The notes: a model not told the origin generated them from the sequence alone. 64,000 nt of DNA from Octopus vulgaris (GCA_951406725.2 OX597830.1:77190001-77254000); one strand, 5' to 3'. Shown: positions 13,666 to 29,311, counted from the stretch's first letter. Numbers and translations are program-made.

Positions 13666-14209
13666 CATACAATTGCTATAGATTCGCAATGCATCTTACG
13701 GCTGTGCCTGTCACCTGGATGGTGAGGAATCGTACATTGGATGTGGTAACGACTAGGGTAGGGTAACTGACTGCTTATTGTGATCATTCGTCTTTTGGTT
13801 TCCTGTAGCTTTGCTCTCTTTTACAAACCCAGTGAACATATATTTCCTATTTCAAAGAAATTCAAACAATAGCTATAAGACCCAAGTTAAAAAGATTTTC
13901 AACAATTCAACTTATCTGGTTGACATTAAGATGCCCACCCTTAGCAGGGGCCTTAACTCTCACATTTTAGAGCCCCATGACCTTCATTTTTCAGGAACAA
14001 AATCTTTTTAACTGGTTCAATACGACTGGAATTTTGGAATATGCTCATAAAAATCAGTAGTATGGGATACATGTGGCACGATTACAATTTTTTTTACGGT
14101 GTGTAAAGAAAGAAATAATCCTCCTCTGCAACTTTGATGAAATTCGAAACATAGACATTCCAGTTCATTACAGAAAATATAACAGAAAAGTCTAATTCTT
14201 CTATTGAAT

Positions 14210-14241
14210 GTAACCGGGCAACGCCGGGTATCTCTGCTAGT
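14210..14241 (+). mobile_element. Helitron 3' terminus (similar terminus at ~60897-60926)
   Basis: ccgggcaacgccgggtatctctgCTAGt: GC-rich hairpin followed by CTAG. Confidence 0.6.
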
Positions 14242-14256
14242 ATATATATATATATA

Positions 14257-14632
14257 AAATAGAAGTAAAAGAAAATGGGGATTGGGAAGTTAACAATTGT
14301 TTATTATTAATAGCAAATTAATCATCTTCGCTTACAGGTATTCCAATTAATACTCAGTAAATACTAAATTTATATTTATAAAACCTGCGATTAATATATT
14401 CAGAGAAAAACAAATATATACCCTTGGATGTTGTACATGTGTTTATGTATTTATTATAGCAGACTAGTCATTATCGCAGACTATATCCATAATATTATGC
14501 CCAGATCATGTAAATATAAATTTAAATATTTACGGAATATTAATTGAAACAGCTGTAAGTGTAGATGATTAATCTGCTGTTAATAATAAACAATTATTTA
14601 CTTCCTAAGCTTCATTTCCTTTTTCTTCTTTT
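14257..14632. repeat. Old degenerate inverted repeat (Penelope-type fold-back tail)
   Basis: Arms ~14257-14380 and ~14511-14632 between (TA)n tracts; the right arm holds GAAAC-agct-GTA. Confidence 0.7.
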
Positions 14633-14863
14633 AAATGAATATAAACTATATGCTTATATATATATATATAAACCTATTATTTTAAGGAAATCAATTCCCT
14701 CAAAATGATAGGCTTTGAACTAGTATTTTCTTGGATGAAACTAGCTCTTCAGGAGGTTAGCACAACATCTAATTAGATTTATGTATAGCTATACATACAT
14801 ACATACATACATACATACATACATACATACATACATACATGCATACATACATACATACGTACA

Positions 14864-14901
<38 letters not shown>

Positions 14902-15360
14902 TACATCTGCATGTATGCATTTGTGAGACTGAGTATGCGTGTGCGCATGTGTGCGTGCGGGTGCGCACGTGCATGTGTAAGGCAGTGTTCGGCATGGTCG
15001 CAGCCTAATGACTGGATCAAATAAAAGATAAAATATAAACGATGTATACAGAAATATAGGTAGTTATGGATATAGACGTATTTGTACCTATGTATTTATG
15101 GCGTGATTTCGTCTATAAAATTCTTCTCACAAAGCACCACTCAAGCCATTGCTATGTAGTAAATAGTACATTCTTCCCTTTGTGAAGTAGTGGCATTAAA
15201 CCATAAATCCATTCTTATATAACAACTTTCAGAACCACAGAACTTTACCCACGCAAACATGTATTCATGTACCATGTATTTATATCTGTGCAGCGTTTTT
15301 AGATAACAGATATTTCATCTGTTTAACATTATACCAAAACAAATGACCGAAGGAAATTAT

Positions 15361-16036
<676 letters not shown>

Positions 16037-16373
16037 TTGTCCTTCATCTTCATACGAAACTTGAACAAATTTCTTCAAAGGATTACAAATAAGCTATATA
16101 TACCTGGATACATCTCAGTCAACAACAAATCCTCCATTTGAACGGGCCGTGATAGAACTAAATTTGTCTTTAAAATGACTTAACAGGTTTTATCAGGTGG
16201 TGTTATTAAGTTAGATATGACTTGGGCCAATCTTTGGCTGATATATATATTTCAGTTTTCTATATGACATTTATTGAATCTATATAACATATATACGTAA
16301 CATATGGTATAATTATAAACAGGGCAAATTTTAGCCATTTCTTCGCAGACTGAAAAAAAAAAAATGATGAACA

Positions 16374-16416
16374 ACCTTAATCGATTTTCGAACCTTATTG
16401 GGGTCTCATCAGAGGC
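16374..16416 (-). ncRNA. Minimal type I hammerhead ribozyme
   Basis: Minus strand: gcct-CTGATGA-gaccc(caataa)ggttc-GAAA-atcgat-TA-aggt; palindromic stem III aatcgatt; one mismatch in stem II. Confidence 0.75.
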
Positions 16417-16866
16417 GTTCACATCACTTTGACAATCTCCAGAGAAACAAGCAGCCAAACGGATTTTATAGCATTTATTTATCTATCTATTTTTATAACA
16501 CATTTGTTGCCTTATATATTATGTATTGTTTTTGTTTTATCGTGCAAAGAGCATGTGTCGTTAGAATAGTGCGGCCATTGTGTTTTTACTAACACAATAA
16601 GAAGTACAGACGACCAAAGTGGGGGTAATTGTACTATAGTTTCGCTATTGTCTTGTAATAATGTTTACCCCCATCCCCGACGTGTGTATGAGTGCATATC
16701 AGTGAGTGTATATATGTGTGTGAGTGTGTGTGTATGTGTGTGTGTGTGCGTGTGTGTGTGTGCGAGTGTATAAGTGTGTAATGCTTTATATATCTGTATA
16801 TATATATATGCATGTATATATATGCACGCATATATATATGTACACGTATATGTACATATATATAGA

Positions 16867-16914
<48 letters not shown>

Positions 16915-17094
16915 CATATATATGTATGTATGTATGTATATTCATTTATATGCAAATATATGGATACATATGAATATGTATGTATATATATATGTGCGCT
17001 TCTCACTATGTATGGCTTTCTCTCTCTCTCTTTTTATTTATCTATCCATAGAGATAAAAAGATGATAGATAGATAGATAGATTGATAGATATAT

Positions 17095-17155
<61 letters not shown>

Positions 17156-17190
17156 TAGATAGATAGATTGATAGATAGATAGATTGATAG

Positions 17191-17250
<60 letters not shown>

Positions 17251-17453
17251 TCATACATATACGACACAAACGATTATATACACGTCACTCTCATTGCTGT
17301 TGCACGGAGTAAACTCAACACCACCATCACCACTGGCAACTACTCCAACAACATCTAACACATTGTCCACCCCATTTTTCCATCTTGCTGTTCATTACAA
17401 CCACCAAAACAGACATATCTGCACACACACACACGCACACACACACACAAACA

Positions 17454-17530
<77 letters not shown>

Positions 17531-18170
17531 CACATAAATACACCGAAACGATACGTACACAAAATCACAGAGTGGTATTTTGGCATACAAACAACGACAG
17601 GCATACATATATTCAGATATAACAGACATATAGAGAAACACCTACATAGGCATACGCAACAATCACCGCCGCCACCGCCGCCGCCGCCGCCACCATCACG
17701 AACACGACATCAACCCATCACCACCAACGCCACCTCCATAGTCACAGTCATTGTCAGTACCACTACCGCTACCATCAAAAACACCACCACCTCTACTACC
17801 GGTGCCACCGCTACTACCACCATAACCAGCCTCGACACACAGACACACCAGACCATCCACATATATACATTGACATACAAACACACTATACCATACACAT
17901 ACATACATTGACACACAAACACACCACACTATCCACATATATACATTGACACAAAGAAACACATTACACCACGCCATACACATATATACATTGACACACA
18001 GACACACTACACCATCCACATATATACACTGAAACACAGACACATCACGCCATACACATATATACATTGACATGCAGACACACACACATGCACACGTTCA
18101 GATACGTAGACATAAATAACACATTTATACACACTCTACTCCCACCATCAACGGCACCACCACCACCACT

Positions 18171-18206
<36 letters not shown>

Positions 18207-18522
18207 GCAAACATCATCATCAACGTCAACGAAGCAACAAAACCCTACACACTGGCGCACAGACACGCACACACACACACACATACACACACACGCACAT
18301 GTACATATACACATATATACATACGCGTACACACACATACAAGCATATACTCTCACAAAGACACACATACACACACATATATGTATATATAGAAAGAGAG
18401 AGAGAGAAAGAGAGAGATGGAGAACGAGAGAGAAATACACACATTTAGACACACTGTGACATACAAACTTTCTCTTTCACACACATACACACCCACAAAG
18501 ACACATACATATAATCATACAC

Positions 18523-18562
<40 letters not shown>

Positions 18563-19169
18563 GCTAGACACACATTGCCATGCAAACACATACAGACACG
18601 CACAGACACACATAGACACACACACACACATACACATACACATACACATACACATAGACACACCGCGCACGCGTTTCGAGACACATTACACCTCCAGTGT
18701 CGGCGATGGCAAGTCTCTCGGGCGAAATCCGTCGGCTAAGCTTGCATCACAGACGTTCTATAAACACACCTTACAACCTAACAGTCAAAACAATAAGGGC
18801 ACATAATTAAGACAAATGAAGGTGCCTGCGCACTTGGCACTGTAATTAAAATTAATAACGCACTTTCGTTCCCCGAGCCACCGAGATTTCTCAGTCTCCA
18901 TTCATTCTCCCTCCCTCTCCCTCGTACGCACTTACAAACATACACACATAACACAGACATAAAATGCACACACAGAAACTTATGCTGTTACTCACACAAA
19001 CACACACACATATATATATATATATATACGCATGTGTGTGTGTGTGCATGTGTATACGTTCATACACATATGTACATATAAGTGCTTGTATATATATACA
19101 TAAATATATACACGCACACATATATTAGAAAGATATATTTAAATATCTGTACATACATACATACATACA

Positions 19170-19222
<53 letters not shown>

Positions 19223-19309
19223 CACGCCCACACATGTATATAAATAAATGTATATGCAAGTACCTATTTTTTTATAGATGTAGGTATACATGTACATATA
19301 TGCGAGTGT

Positions 19310-19412
<103 letters not shown>

Positions 19413-20093
19413 CATACATATATATGCATGAATGTATATATGCATACATATATGTATATATATATATATGCATGAATGTATATATATATATGCATATATA
19501 TGTGTATATATATACATATATATATACATATATATATATATATAGGGGAGAGAGAGAGGGGTGCACAGAGCGACAGAAAAATTTAACATACGTATACATA
19601 TGTGTATACATGTATTTACACAGGTAAATGTATATATACATATTCATATATATATATACACGTGCCCACAGAAACACATATAGATGTACATATACGCACA
19701 TAAACACACTCACTCACATATATCTGCACTTTTATTGTGGTAGCCCCCCCAAACACCGCCCCTGCATCGTCACCAAATCGCTCGGTTCTTCCTCGTTCAC
19801 CTACCTCACTCACATATACACACGCACACGCTTATACACACATACGCTCACTCACCATTTAAACATACTCAGTTATATTCACATGCATTCGAACATACAC
19901 ACGCGTATATTTTGGTAACTACATTGCACTACCATCATCATCATCACAGGCAACATCTCCATCACTGCTACTCCCACCTCCATCGCCAACTTAAATACCA
20001 GTTTCATCACATCTCTGCCTCTCATTCAAACATACATAGGTGCTTACAAGCATGCATAATACATACATACATACATACATACATACATACATA

Positions 20094-20500
20094 CAGGAGT
20101 GGCTGTGTGGTAAGTAGCTTGCTTACCGACTACGTGGTCCGGGTTCAGTCCCACTGCGTGACACCTTGGGCAAGTCTATTCTACTATAGCCTCGGGCCGA
20201 CCAAAGCGATGTGAGTGGATTTGGTAGACAGAAACTGAAAGAAGCCCGTCGTATATATGCATATATATATATATATATATGCGTGTGTGTGTTTGTGTGT
20301 CTGTGTTTGTCCCCCTAGCATTGCTTGACAACCGATGCTGGTGTGTTTATGTCCCCGTTGCTTAGCGGTTCGGCAAAAGAGACCGATAGAATAAGCACTA
20401 GGCTTACAAAGAATAAGTCCCGGGGTCGAGTTGCTCGATTAAAGGCGGTGCTCCAGCATGGCTGCAGTCAAATGACTGAAACAAGTAAAAGAGTAAAAGA
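20094..20500 (+). mobile_element. tRNA-derived SINE family A with internal microsatellite
   Basis: Head ggagtggctgtgtggtaag..gggttcagtccc, body ..gaaagaagcccgtcg(TA/TG)n.., tail ..aatgactgaaacaagtaaaaga; more than a dozen full or partial copies in the window. Confidence 0.85.
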
Positions 20501-21359
20501 GTATGCATGCATACATACATACAGACATACCCACACATATACACAAACATACATGCACACACATGTATACAAACACACACACGCGCATATATACATAGAG
20601 ACACTTATAAATACACACACTCCAACATACATACATACATAATACATACATACATACATACAGACATACACACATACATACTGACGTACAAACACACGCA
20701 TAAATACATACACATTTATATGCATACTAACGTACTTATATACATGCATACATACGCATTTACATACATACTAACATACATACATATGCATTTACGTACG
20801 TACATACATACATACGTACGTATATACATAGATACGTACATACATACATACATACATACGTACATACACACATACATACATATATGCATACATACATACA
20901 TGCATACGTACATACATACATACATGCATACATACATACGTACATACATACATACATGCATACGTACGCACATACATACATACGTACATACAAACATAAA
21001 TGCGTTGTACAAAAATTTACCTCCGTTTCCTTATGTCAGCCGTCCTACATCCAAAGAAAAAGCCTCTGTCTGGCCGTTTGGTCTGCTAGAAATAATAGTT
21101 AATCATCTCTCAGATGATACCAGCGATTTTGATCAAAAAATTAGGAAAGAGTCAACCTGGACAAAATATGTGCATGTGTGTGTGTATGTGTGTGTGCATG
21201 TGTGTGAGTGCATGTGTGTGTGTGCGTGTATAAAAGTGCTTGTGTATATACAAACACACACATACATTAACTTGGTGCTTTTCCTTCCCAAAGGAACGAA
21301 GAAGTTGCCTGTAGATATATACATATATACAACGAGGTTTAAACATTCGTGGGTATATA

Positions 21360-21852
21360 CCGTAAATCCTCGAGTATAATCCGCATTTTTTCTCCCAAAA
21401 TTGAAAGGTCAGAATCCCTAGTGCGTATTATACTCGAGGTTAAAAATGAAAATTATTTTCTAATGTCCAAGTCTCTATTTACTGTCCAGCAATGTTTATT
21501 CAGACGCATTTTGTGATGTCGGGCGCGAAAATACCTTAAGCTAAGCATGAAAGCAATGAAGTCATAAAAGAACCATCCATAACTTGCAGTAAGCAACATT
21601 TATTAAACATTATTACTGTTATTTCTTTATTTTCTACAAACAAATTGCACAAAAAAGCTACACGTTTGCATTATGTTATATATACAATAATAATAAAGGA
21701 TGTTACCGTATACATTTTTACAAACCAAGGATGTTATATAGACCTCCTTGACTCAAGTTAGAGAAGTGGTGCGTATTATACACAAGGTTTAGGTCTCTCA
21801 GTGGTACAGCCCCACCCCAAATTCACTGCGTATTATACTCGAGGATTTACGG
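21360..21852. mobile_element. Non-autonomous Tc1/mariner/pogo-type MITE
   Basis: 21-bp TIR ccgtaaatcctcgagtataat / attatactcgaggatttacgg, TA flanks, subterminal copies of gtgcgtattatac. Confidence 0.88.
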
Positions 21853-22523
21853 TACTACATAGCCATATGTATCAGTCTTTATAGAATAAAGATGTGATAA
21901 GCAGAGAAAAGGCGGTGTATATCAAAACTGAAACTAATGGATTTTCTGTCGATTTAAACTAAAAGTACCTGGTAGTTTATGGTACTTTCCTGAAGCAACC
22001 AAAACAGTTTTATATTTTAAATTATTTAATCTTCCACGTTCTTCATCGGAGACGAACCACTTCAGCACTTCACTGGAAGTTTCTACAACACCACGGAATA
22101 CTTGGCGGAGTCTATGTTGGATTCTTCTATGTCCTCCATCACGAATCATACCACGACTTCTCTCTTCAGCCATTAGAGGACGAAGCGTAATTCAAAGACT
22201 GTCCTTCGAAGACTGAACTGCTATTTTTACGTTCTAACTATTTTCTATTTTTCAATGACTTAATTGTCATTTTGTAATGACCAAACGATCAGTTTTTTAC
22301 GACTTGAGTTTGCCATTCTGCGAGTTCGTGGTTCTAGTTACTCGACTGGCTATGTTTTGTATTCTTGAGCAAAACACCCAATTTCACGTAGTTCCAGTTC
22401 ACTGCAGGCCAACACATCTAACTAGCGGGTTGGCATCAATGGAAAGCTAAAAACAATGAGAAGTGCACATTATTTACATCATTTACATTCGACGGATATT
22501 TGTCCTCATCTTGTTTGTTGTTA

Positions 22524-22567
22524 ACACAACGTTTCGGCTGATATACCCTCCAGCCTTCATCAGGTGT
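22524..22567 (-). ncRNA. Minimal type I hammerhead ribozyme
   Basis: Minus strand: acac-CTGATGA-a-ggctg(gagggtatat)cagcc-GAAAC-GTT-gtgt. Confidence 0.85.
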
Positions 22568-22686
22568 CGAATGTAAATAATGTAAATAATGTACATAATT
22601 CCTCATCTCTTAAATATAGAAAAGAATGAGAAGTGCACCATAACCAACAGTGCATAACAGCATTCTGGTTGATATCATGATACCTA

Positions 22687-22914
22687 TTTCTTTACTACCC
22701 ACAAGGGGCTAAACACAGAGAGGACAAACAAGGACAGTCACACGGATTAAGTCGATTATATCGACCCCAGTGCGTAACTGGTACTTAATGTATCGACCCC
22801 GAAAGGATGAAAGGCAAAGTCGACCTCGGCGGAATTTGAACTCAGAACGTAACGGCAGACGAAATACGGCTGCGAATTTCGCCCGGCGTGCTAACGTTTC
22901 TGCCAGCTCGCCGC
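22687..22914 (-). mobile_element. tRNA-derived SINE family C with Meta-domain-like core
   Basis: Minus strand gaggtcgactttgcctttcatcctttcggggtcgat..aagtaccag; ~16-bp near-identical flanks ttgata(t/c)catgatacc. Decayed copies cluster at ~8880-9860, with others at ~33250-33475 and ~62440-62660. Confidence 0.75.
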
Positions 22915-22964
22915 TTGATACCATGATACCGTCATTGAAATATACATACGCGCGCTTGCATGCC

Positions 22965-23025
<61 letters not shown>

Positions 23026-24399
23026 TTTGTGTGTTTATGGATGATTCAATGCAAGAATTGTACTGATTGTAACTCTGCAGTTTCGACCCTGCTAAGCCAT
23101 CATCGGACTCTTTACTCTTTACTCTTACACTTGTTCCAGTCATTTGACTGCGGCCATGCTGGAGCACCGCCTTTTAGTCGAGCAACTCGACCCCGGGACT
23201 TATTCTTTTTGTAAGCCCAGTACTTATTCTATCGGTCTCTTTTTGCCGAACCGCTAAGTGACGGGGACGTCACTTAGCATCGGTCATACCAGCATCAGTT
23301 TCCGTCTACCAAATCCACTCACAAGGCATTGGTCGGCCCGGGGCTATAGCAGAAGACACTTTCCCAAGATGCCACGCAGTGGAACTGAACCCGGAACCAT
23401 GTGGTTGGTTAGCAAGCTACTTACCACACAGCCACTCCTGCACTGTTGCACATTTCAGCTTATTTTGGTTTTATATAATCTGAATTAGGCTAAAATTTTC
23501 ATGGGTAAGTGGAGCTCTCTTGAACAGTAATTGGGTTATTGGGTAGGTTGTGGCGGAAAAGTTTTATGGATAAATTTGAGGTGCGTTATTGCTCAGAATT
23601 CAGGTAGCGGCTTTGTATTCAGATGTGTCTATTTCGGTGTTAAGCTTCGGGTCTTTTGTATTGCTTTTCAAGTGTTCGCAAAAGAATGTAGGCAGGTGAA
23701 AAGTTAGCTGGTTAGTAGATATCACTAGGTTTAGTTGGTTTTATTTGGATACTAGCTTAAAAGCCTCGAGCCGACCAAAGTCTTGTGTGTGAATTTGGCA
23801 GATGGAAACTGAAAGAATCTCATCGTATATATATATGCGTATATATTTGTACATATATCACCGTGATCACCGGGACCAACCAGGCTATCAGATGTTGCAA
23901 CACATCGCTGGTCACAATGCGCTTCGCTTTGTTTTAGCCTTCAAATGACACCACCCAGCTAGCTAGGCGAGTAGGCCAACTGAAGAAAGAGTGAGAGAAA
24001 GTTGTGACTAAAAAGTACAACAGGGATCGCCACCACCCTCTGCGGGAGCATCGTAGAGCTTTAGGTGTTTTCGCTCAATAAACACCGCGCTCGTCTTCGT
24101 ATTTGCGTTTAACCCCACAACCACCACCGCGTGATAACCGATGTTAGTGTGTTTATGTCCCCGTAATATAGGGGTTCGGAATAACGGATATATGTAATAA
24201 GTACCAGGATTTAAAGATGAATTGGGGTCGATTCGTTCGACTGAAATTCTCCAAGATGATGTCCCAGAATGGCTGTAGTCCAATGCCTGAAACAGGTAAA
24301 AGATAAATGGTATACATATGTGTGTGTGTGTATGTGTGTGTGCGTATACAAATATATATATATATATATATATACATATAAACATATATACATATATAC

Positions 24400-24450
<51 letters not shown>

Positions 24451-24785
24451 AATAAAAAATGGAGTTAACGCAGGTTTAAACAAGTATTTTTTCTTTCTAC
24501 ATATGTTTCAAAAATTCCACTGATACTTATTCAAAAGAATAAAAGGTATAAACAATGCAATCTTCTATTCGGGAAAGTGAAAAAACGAAACTTGTCAATA
24601 CGACATTTTAGCAAAAAATGATGGATTCGTATAGCGATAGACAGAACGCTATTAATATTGTTGTATATATGTGTGTGTATACATACATGCATATTTTAAC
24701 GACTGAAATATTCTCAGAAGGCATTTTGAACTTTGACAGTTGTAGAGTTGACCATTTTACAAAGATGCATGTATATATATATATA

Positions 24786-25180
24786 CTAGCAGTATCGCCC
24801 GGCGTTGCTCGGGTTTGTAAGGGAAATAATTATATAAGCATTTTTAGAGATGTAAAGTATAATAGCCATCTCAATATGGCTAACCACAAAGGGGGAGGGG
24901 TGTTACTGTAGCTTTTTACGTTCTGAGATTTAATAATAAATTTTAGAGAGTTACTTCCCTTATATATGTCAAAAATGGATTAAAAATGGGAAAAATTGAT
25001 GGTAAATTTTTTTTTAAATCGTAGACTCATCGTAGACGCGCGCTAATACCCAGACGGTCTCGATATGAATCACGACTATAAGATACCCGCTTTTAGTTAA
25101 ACTGCACCGCAAAATGTGGGAGTAGTTAGGAATCTAAATCGTAGGAGACAGACACACAACCTCACTTTTATATATAAAGA
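24786..25180 (-). mobile_element. Non-autonomous Helitron
   Basis: Minus strand starts TCtttatatataaaag and ends with hairpin cccg(agcaacgc)cggg then CTAG; sits between A and T. Confidence 0.8.
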
Positions 25181-25260
25181 TTTCCTCTATTTACTTAATA
25201 TTGAGGTCTCTTTCTTTCTTTTGTTATCTTACTGTTTTTACCAATATACATATATATATA

Positions 25261-25583
25261 GTTACAGAGATGTACTTGCATAGCAAGTGACTTGATCTGA
25301 GATCGTGTGCTGGAACGAAAACAGTTGCAGCGTTGAAGGTGTTTATAAGCCATTTAAGAAACACACAAAAAGCGTTAGATTCACTTCAACATTTAAATTT
25401 AATTTGTCAAAATATTTTCGTCACTTTGAGACCGCGACCTGTTAGCACGATATTTTTGTCAGTGAACAGGTCGCGGTCTGAAAGCGACGAAAATATTTTG
25501 GCAAATTAAATTTAAATGTTGAAGTGAATGTAACGGTTTTTGTGTGTTTCTTAAATGGCTTACAAACACCTTCCACGCTGCAA
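25261..25583. repeat. Fold-back repeat (Penelope-type tail)
   Basis: Arms 25325-25442 and 25465-25583; the left side extends ~65 bp further; (TA)n on both sides. Confidence 0.8.
25455..25505 (+). ncRNA. Minimal hammerhead-like motif with G3-C8 core swap
   Basis: tttgtca-GTGAACA-g-gtcgc(ggtctgaaa)gcgac-GAA-aatatt-T-tggcaaa. Confidence 0.65.
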
Positions 25584-25601
25584 TATATATATACACACAT
25601 A

Positions 25602-25632
<31 letters not shown>

Positions 25633-26356
25633 GTGTATATGTGTATGCATGTATGTGTGTGTGTGCGTGTCTGTGCTTGTGATTGTCCTCCACCACTGCT
25701 TGACAACGAATGTTGGTTTGTTTACACCCCTGTCACCTAGTGGTTTGACAAAGGAAACAGATAGAATAAGCACAATGCTTACAAAAATAAAACTGGAGTT
25801 GATTCATTAAACTACAATTCTTCAAGGCATTGCCCCAGCATGGCCACAGACCAATGGCTGGAAAAAGCAGAAGAATAAAAGAATACATTCTCTGCTTTGG
25901 TCTTATGTTCACCCTCACACACACACACACGCGCACACACACACACACACTCACACACACGCACGTTAGCTTACAATTTTATTTATATATTTGCTTGTCA
26001 ATGTGTTGAAAGAGGAAGTGGGAGGCAGAGTGAAAGAATCACTCACTACAGTAAGTGAATTACTTTCGTTTTATTCGTTGCCCACTGTGTGTGTGCGTTT
26101 GCGTGTGCTGTAAACCAGACTAAGAAAAGCATTTGACACACACACCAGAATGTGAGTTTTCTGTAAATTTTGCTTAACTGGAGTTTAAATTTTAAAAACT
26201 GGACCTGGCATGACGCGATGCATTGTACTCTTAAAACTGCTAGGTAAATTGTAATTGGAGAAATCCTATATTGTAGATTTGTATAACTCCCAAAGGGAGG
26301 CAGATAAAATCTGCCTTTTATAATAAGAGATATATATATATATATATACACACACG

Positions 26357-26392
<36 letters not shown>

Positions 26393-26813
26393 GGTATAAC
26401 AGGCTTGTTTCAGTTTCCGTCTACTACATCCACTCACAAGACATTGGTCGTCCTGAGGCTATAGCAGAAGACACTTGCTGAAGATACCACTCAGTGGCAC
26501 TTGCCCTTGATGCATGTGATGCAGAAGCAAACTTCTTACGACACAGCCACGCTTACACTTATATATACGTGTGTATGTATGTGTGTGTGTGTGTGTGTGT
26601 GTTTGTCTGTCTATCTGTATATATATATATGTATGTTTGTACATATTAGGACAGATAGTGAAGCCAATATCTTGTGTGTGATTCCATAAGTCCATTGAAA
26701 TGTCACAGAGGTGGTTTCTTTCTATATATGTATGTATATTTCTTTTCATTAACGTTTTCAACAATTTACCACATTCGTTGTTTAATATATATATATATAT
26801 ATGCATATGTATA

Positions 26814-26852
<39 letters not shown>

Positions 26853-27028
26853 TATATATATATATGTATATACATATATGCATATGAATACATGTAAGTA
26901 CATATATATACATACATGTATACATACATATATATCTATAACATATATGCAATCATATTCATATATACAAATACAAACGTTTATGTGTGTGTGTTTGTAT
27001 ATATACATACACATATATATATGCATAC

Positions 27029-27095
<67 letters not shown>

Positions 27096-27100
27096 CATAC

Positions 27101-27167
<67 letters not shown>

Positions 27168-27642
27168 ATTTAGCACCCACAAAACTATATCGTTTGCTAT
27201 TGTATATTGTATATACATTATAATACTTGGCTTTCTATTCTCAACAGTCACGAGGCCACAAGAAATGACAAAACAAACCACTATTGTAACGTTTGTATGT
27301 ATGCCATTGGCCCTCCTGCCCCATGTTTGTCATTCCGGTGGTGTTTTGCCTTTTGTCAGGAAAACTATAGATACGTTATATTGATAAAATTCCATTCTAG
27401 GTAAAATGGTATTTTGGAGGTGTTGGTTGATTGCTGGTAACAAACATTTCGCTAGTTTTTTTTTTATTATTATTCTTCTCTCAACTAAAAATAACCATCA
27501 ATAACGATCTAATGCGGTATGTCTTCTTGACATCTGTTAACAACCAATAGAGTATAAGGTGACAAAAGAGACTTACCTTATTCATAAATGTAGTGCAATA
27601 ATAATAATAATAGTAACAATAATAATAATAATAATAATAATA

Positions 27643-27692
<50 letters not shown>

Positions 27693-27823
27693 GTTGATAA
27701 TGATGATGATTATGATAATATCAATGATGATGAGGATGATGATGACAATAAGTGTCTGTTCGTATTGAGTTATTGGTAAACCAAGATGTTCATAAAATGA
27801 AACAACCTACTCGAGCATGTGCG

Positions 27824-27892
<69 letters not shown>

Positions 27893-27893
<1 letters not shown>

Positions 27894-28222
27894 AAAAAAA
27901 AAAAAAAGAAATATAACATGTGACTTCATTGACCGAGGTTACCGTGGTCTTTTCCGTAGGCTTTTCTTTCCACGGGTAAACCTCACCTGTCCTCCCCTTT
28001 ACACTTCATATTGACATTTCTGTGATAACGATCCCTATTATTCATTTTTTTTTGCTCTCCCCCCCTTTTTTTAACCCCTCCCTTTTTTTGTCCTCTTTCT
28101 TTCCTTTTACGATCCCTTTTGATCGAAAACCACCACTCCCTTTTTTTTTACCCCCAAAAGAAAAGCTCTACCTTGTAATTTGTTCTATCTGTGTGCAGCC
28201 CTGTGTGGCTAATAAAGAAACA
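27893..28222 (+). mobile_element. Retroelement-like 3' end inserted in (TATC)n; second copy at ~40168-40366
   Basis: Shared aaaagaaaagctctaccttgtaatttgttctatctgtgtgcagccctgtgtggctAATAAAgaaaca, with (TATC)n on both sides in both copies. Confidence 0.7.
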
Positions 28223-28308
<86 letters not shown>

Positions 28309-28360
28309 CTGATCTGTCTATCAATATATATTCTCTCTCCCTGTTTATTTCCTCGTGTTC

Positions 28361-28396
28361 CCTTCTGATGAAGAGCGTAGGCTCGAACCGTAAAAG
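28361..28396 (+). ncRNA. Minimal hammerhead-like motif (slightly decayed)
   Basis: cctt-CTGATGA-a-gagc(gtag)gctc-GAAcC-GTA-aaag; related copies at 1577, 4556 and (3' half only) 7117. Confidence 0.6.
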
Positions 28397-28537
28397 ACTT
28401 TCTCACCTTCCCGAGCGTGAAACTAATATATCTGCTTGTTGTTTATACACCTGTCTTCGTCTTTTGTTTTTCTGTAAATGTCAACTATATATATAAACAT
28501 ATATGTATATATATATACGTATATACATATGTGTGTA

Positions 28538-28604
<67 letters not shown>

Positions 28605-28894
28605 TTGTATGTATGCACATACTTTTTCAGTAAGAAATATAAGTACACAATACGTGTGTACTTACTTTTTTTAAGATTGGAAGCACATGTAATCTCTTTG
28701 CTCTTTTACATGCCACGTATACAAAGTATTGCATGTATCTCGAATCAGCTGAACAAGTCTCTGGTCATTCCAAATCTAAGCTTATATTGATATTTAACCA
28801 TCACACAAGCAGGTGGGGACGATAAATTTTATAAATGTCAATTATTATTGTAGACACCAAAATACACTGAAACACAAACATACAGTTACATATA

Positions 28895-29109
28895 CTCTTT
28901 CTCTTTTACTTGTTTCAGTCATTTGACTGCGGCCATGCTGGAGCACCGCCTTTGGTCGAGCAAATCGACCCCGGGACTTATTCTTTGTAAGCCCAGTACT
29001 TATTCTATCAGTCTCTTTTGCCGAACCGCTTGGTGACAGGGACGTAAACACACCAGCATCGGTTGTCAAGCAATGCTAGGGAGACAAACACAGACACACA
29101 AATACACAT

Positions 29110-29140
<31 letters not shown>

Positions 29141-29311
29141 CATATATACGACAGGCTTCTTTCAGTTTCCGTCTACCAAATCCACTCACAAGGCTTTGGT
29201 CGGCCCGGGGGTATAGCAGAAGGCACTTACCCAAGATGCCACGCAGTGGGACTGAACCCGGAACCATATGGTTGGTTAGCAAGCTACTTACCACACAGCC
29301 ACTCCTGCGCC
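28895..29311 (-). mobile_element. SINE family A copy
   Basis: Reverse complement of the 20094-20500 repeat. Confidence 0.85.

Noticed and set aside
21934-22173. 79-aa minus-strand ORF
   Set aside because: No recognisable motif; may be a decayed transposase fragment but cannot be supported.
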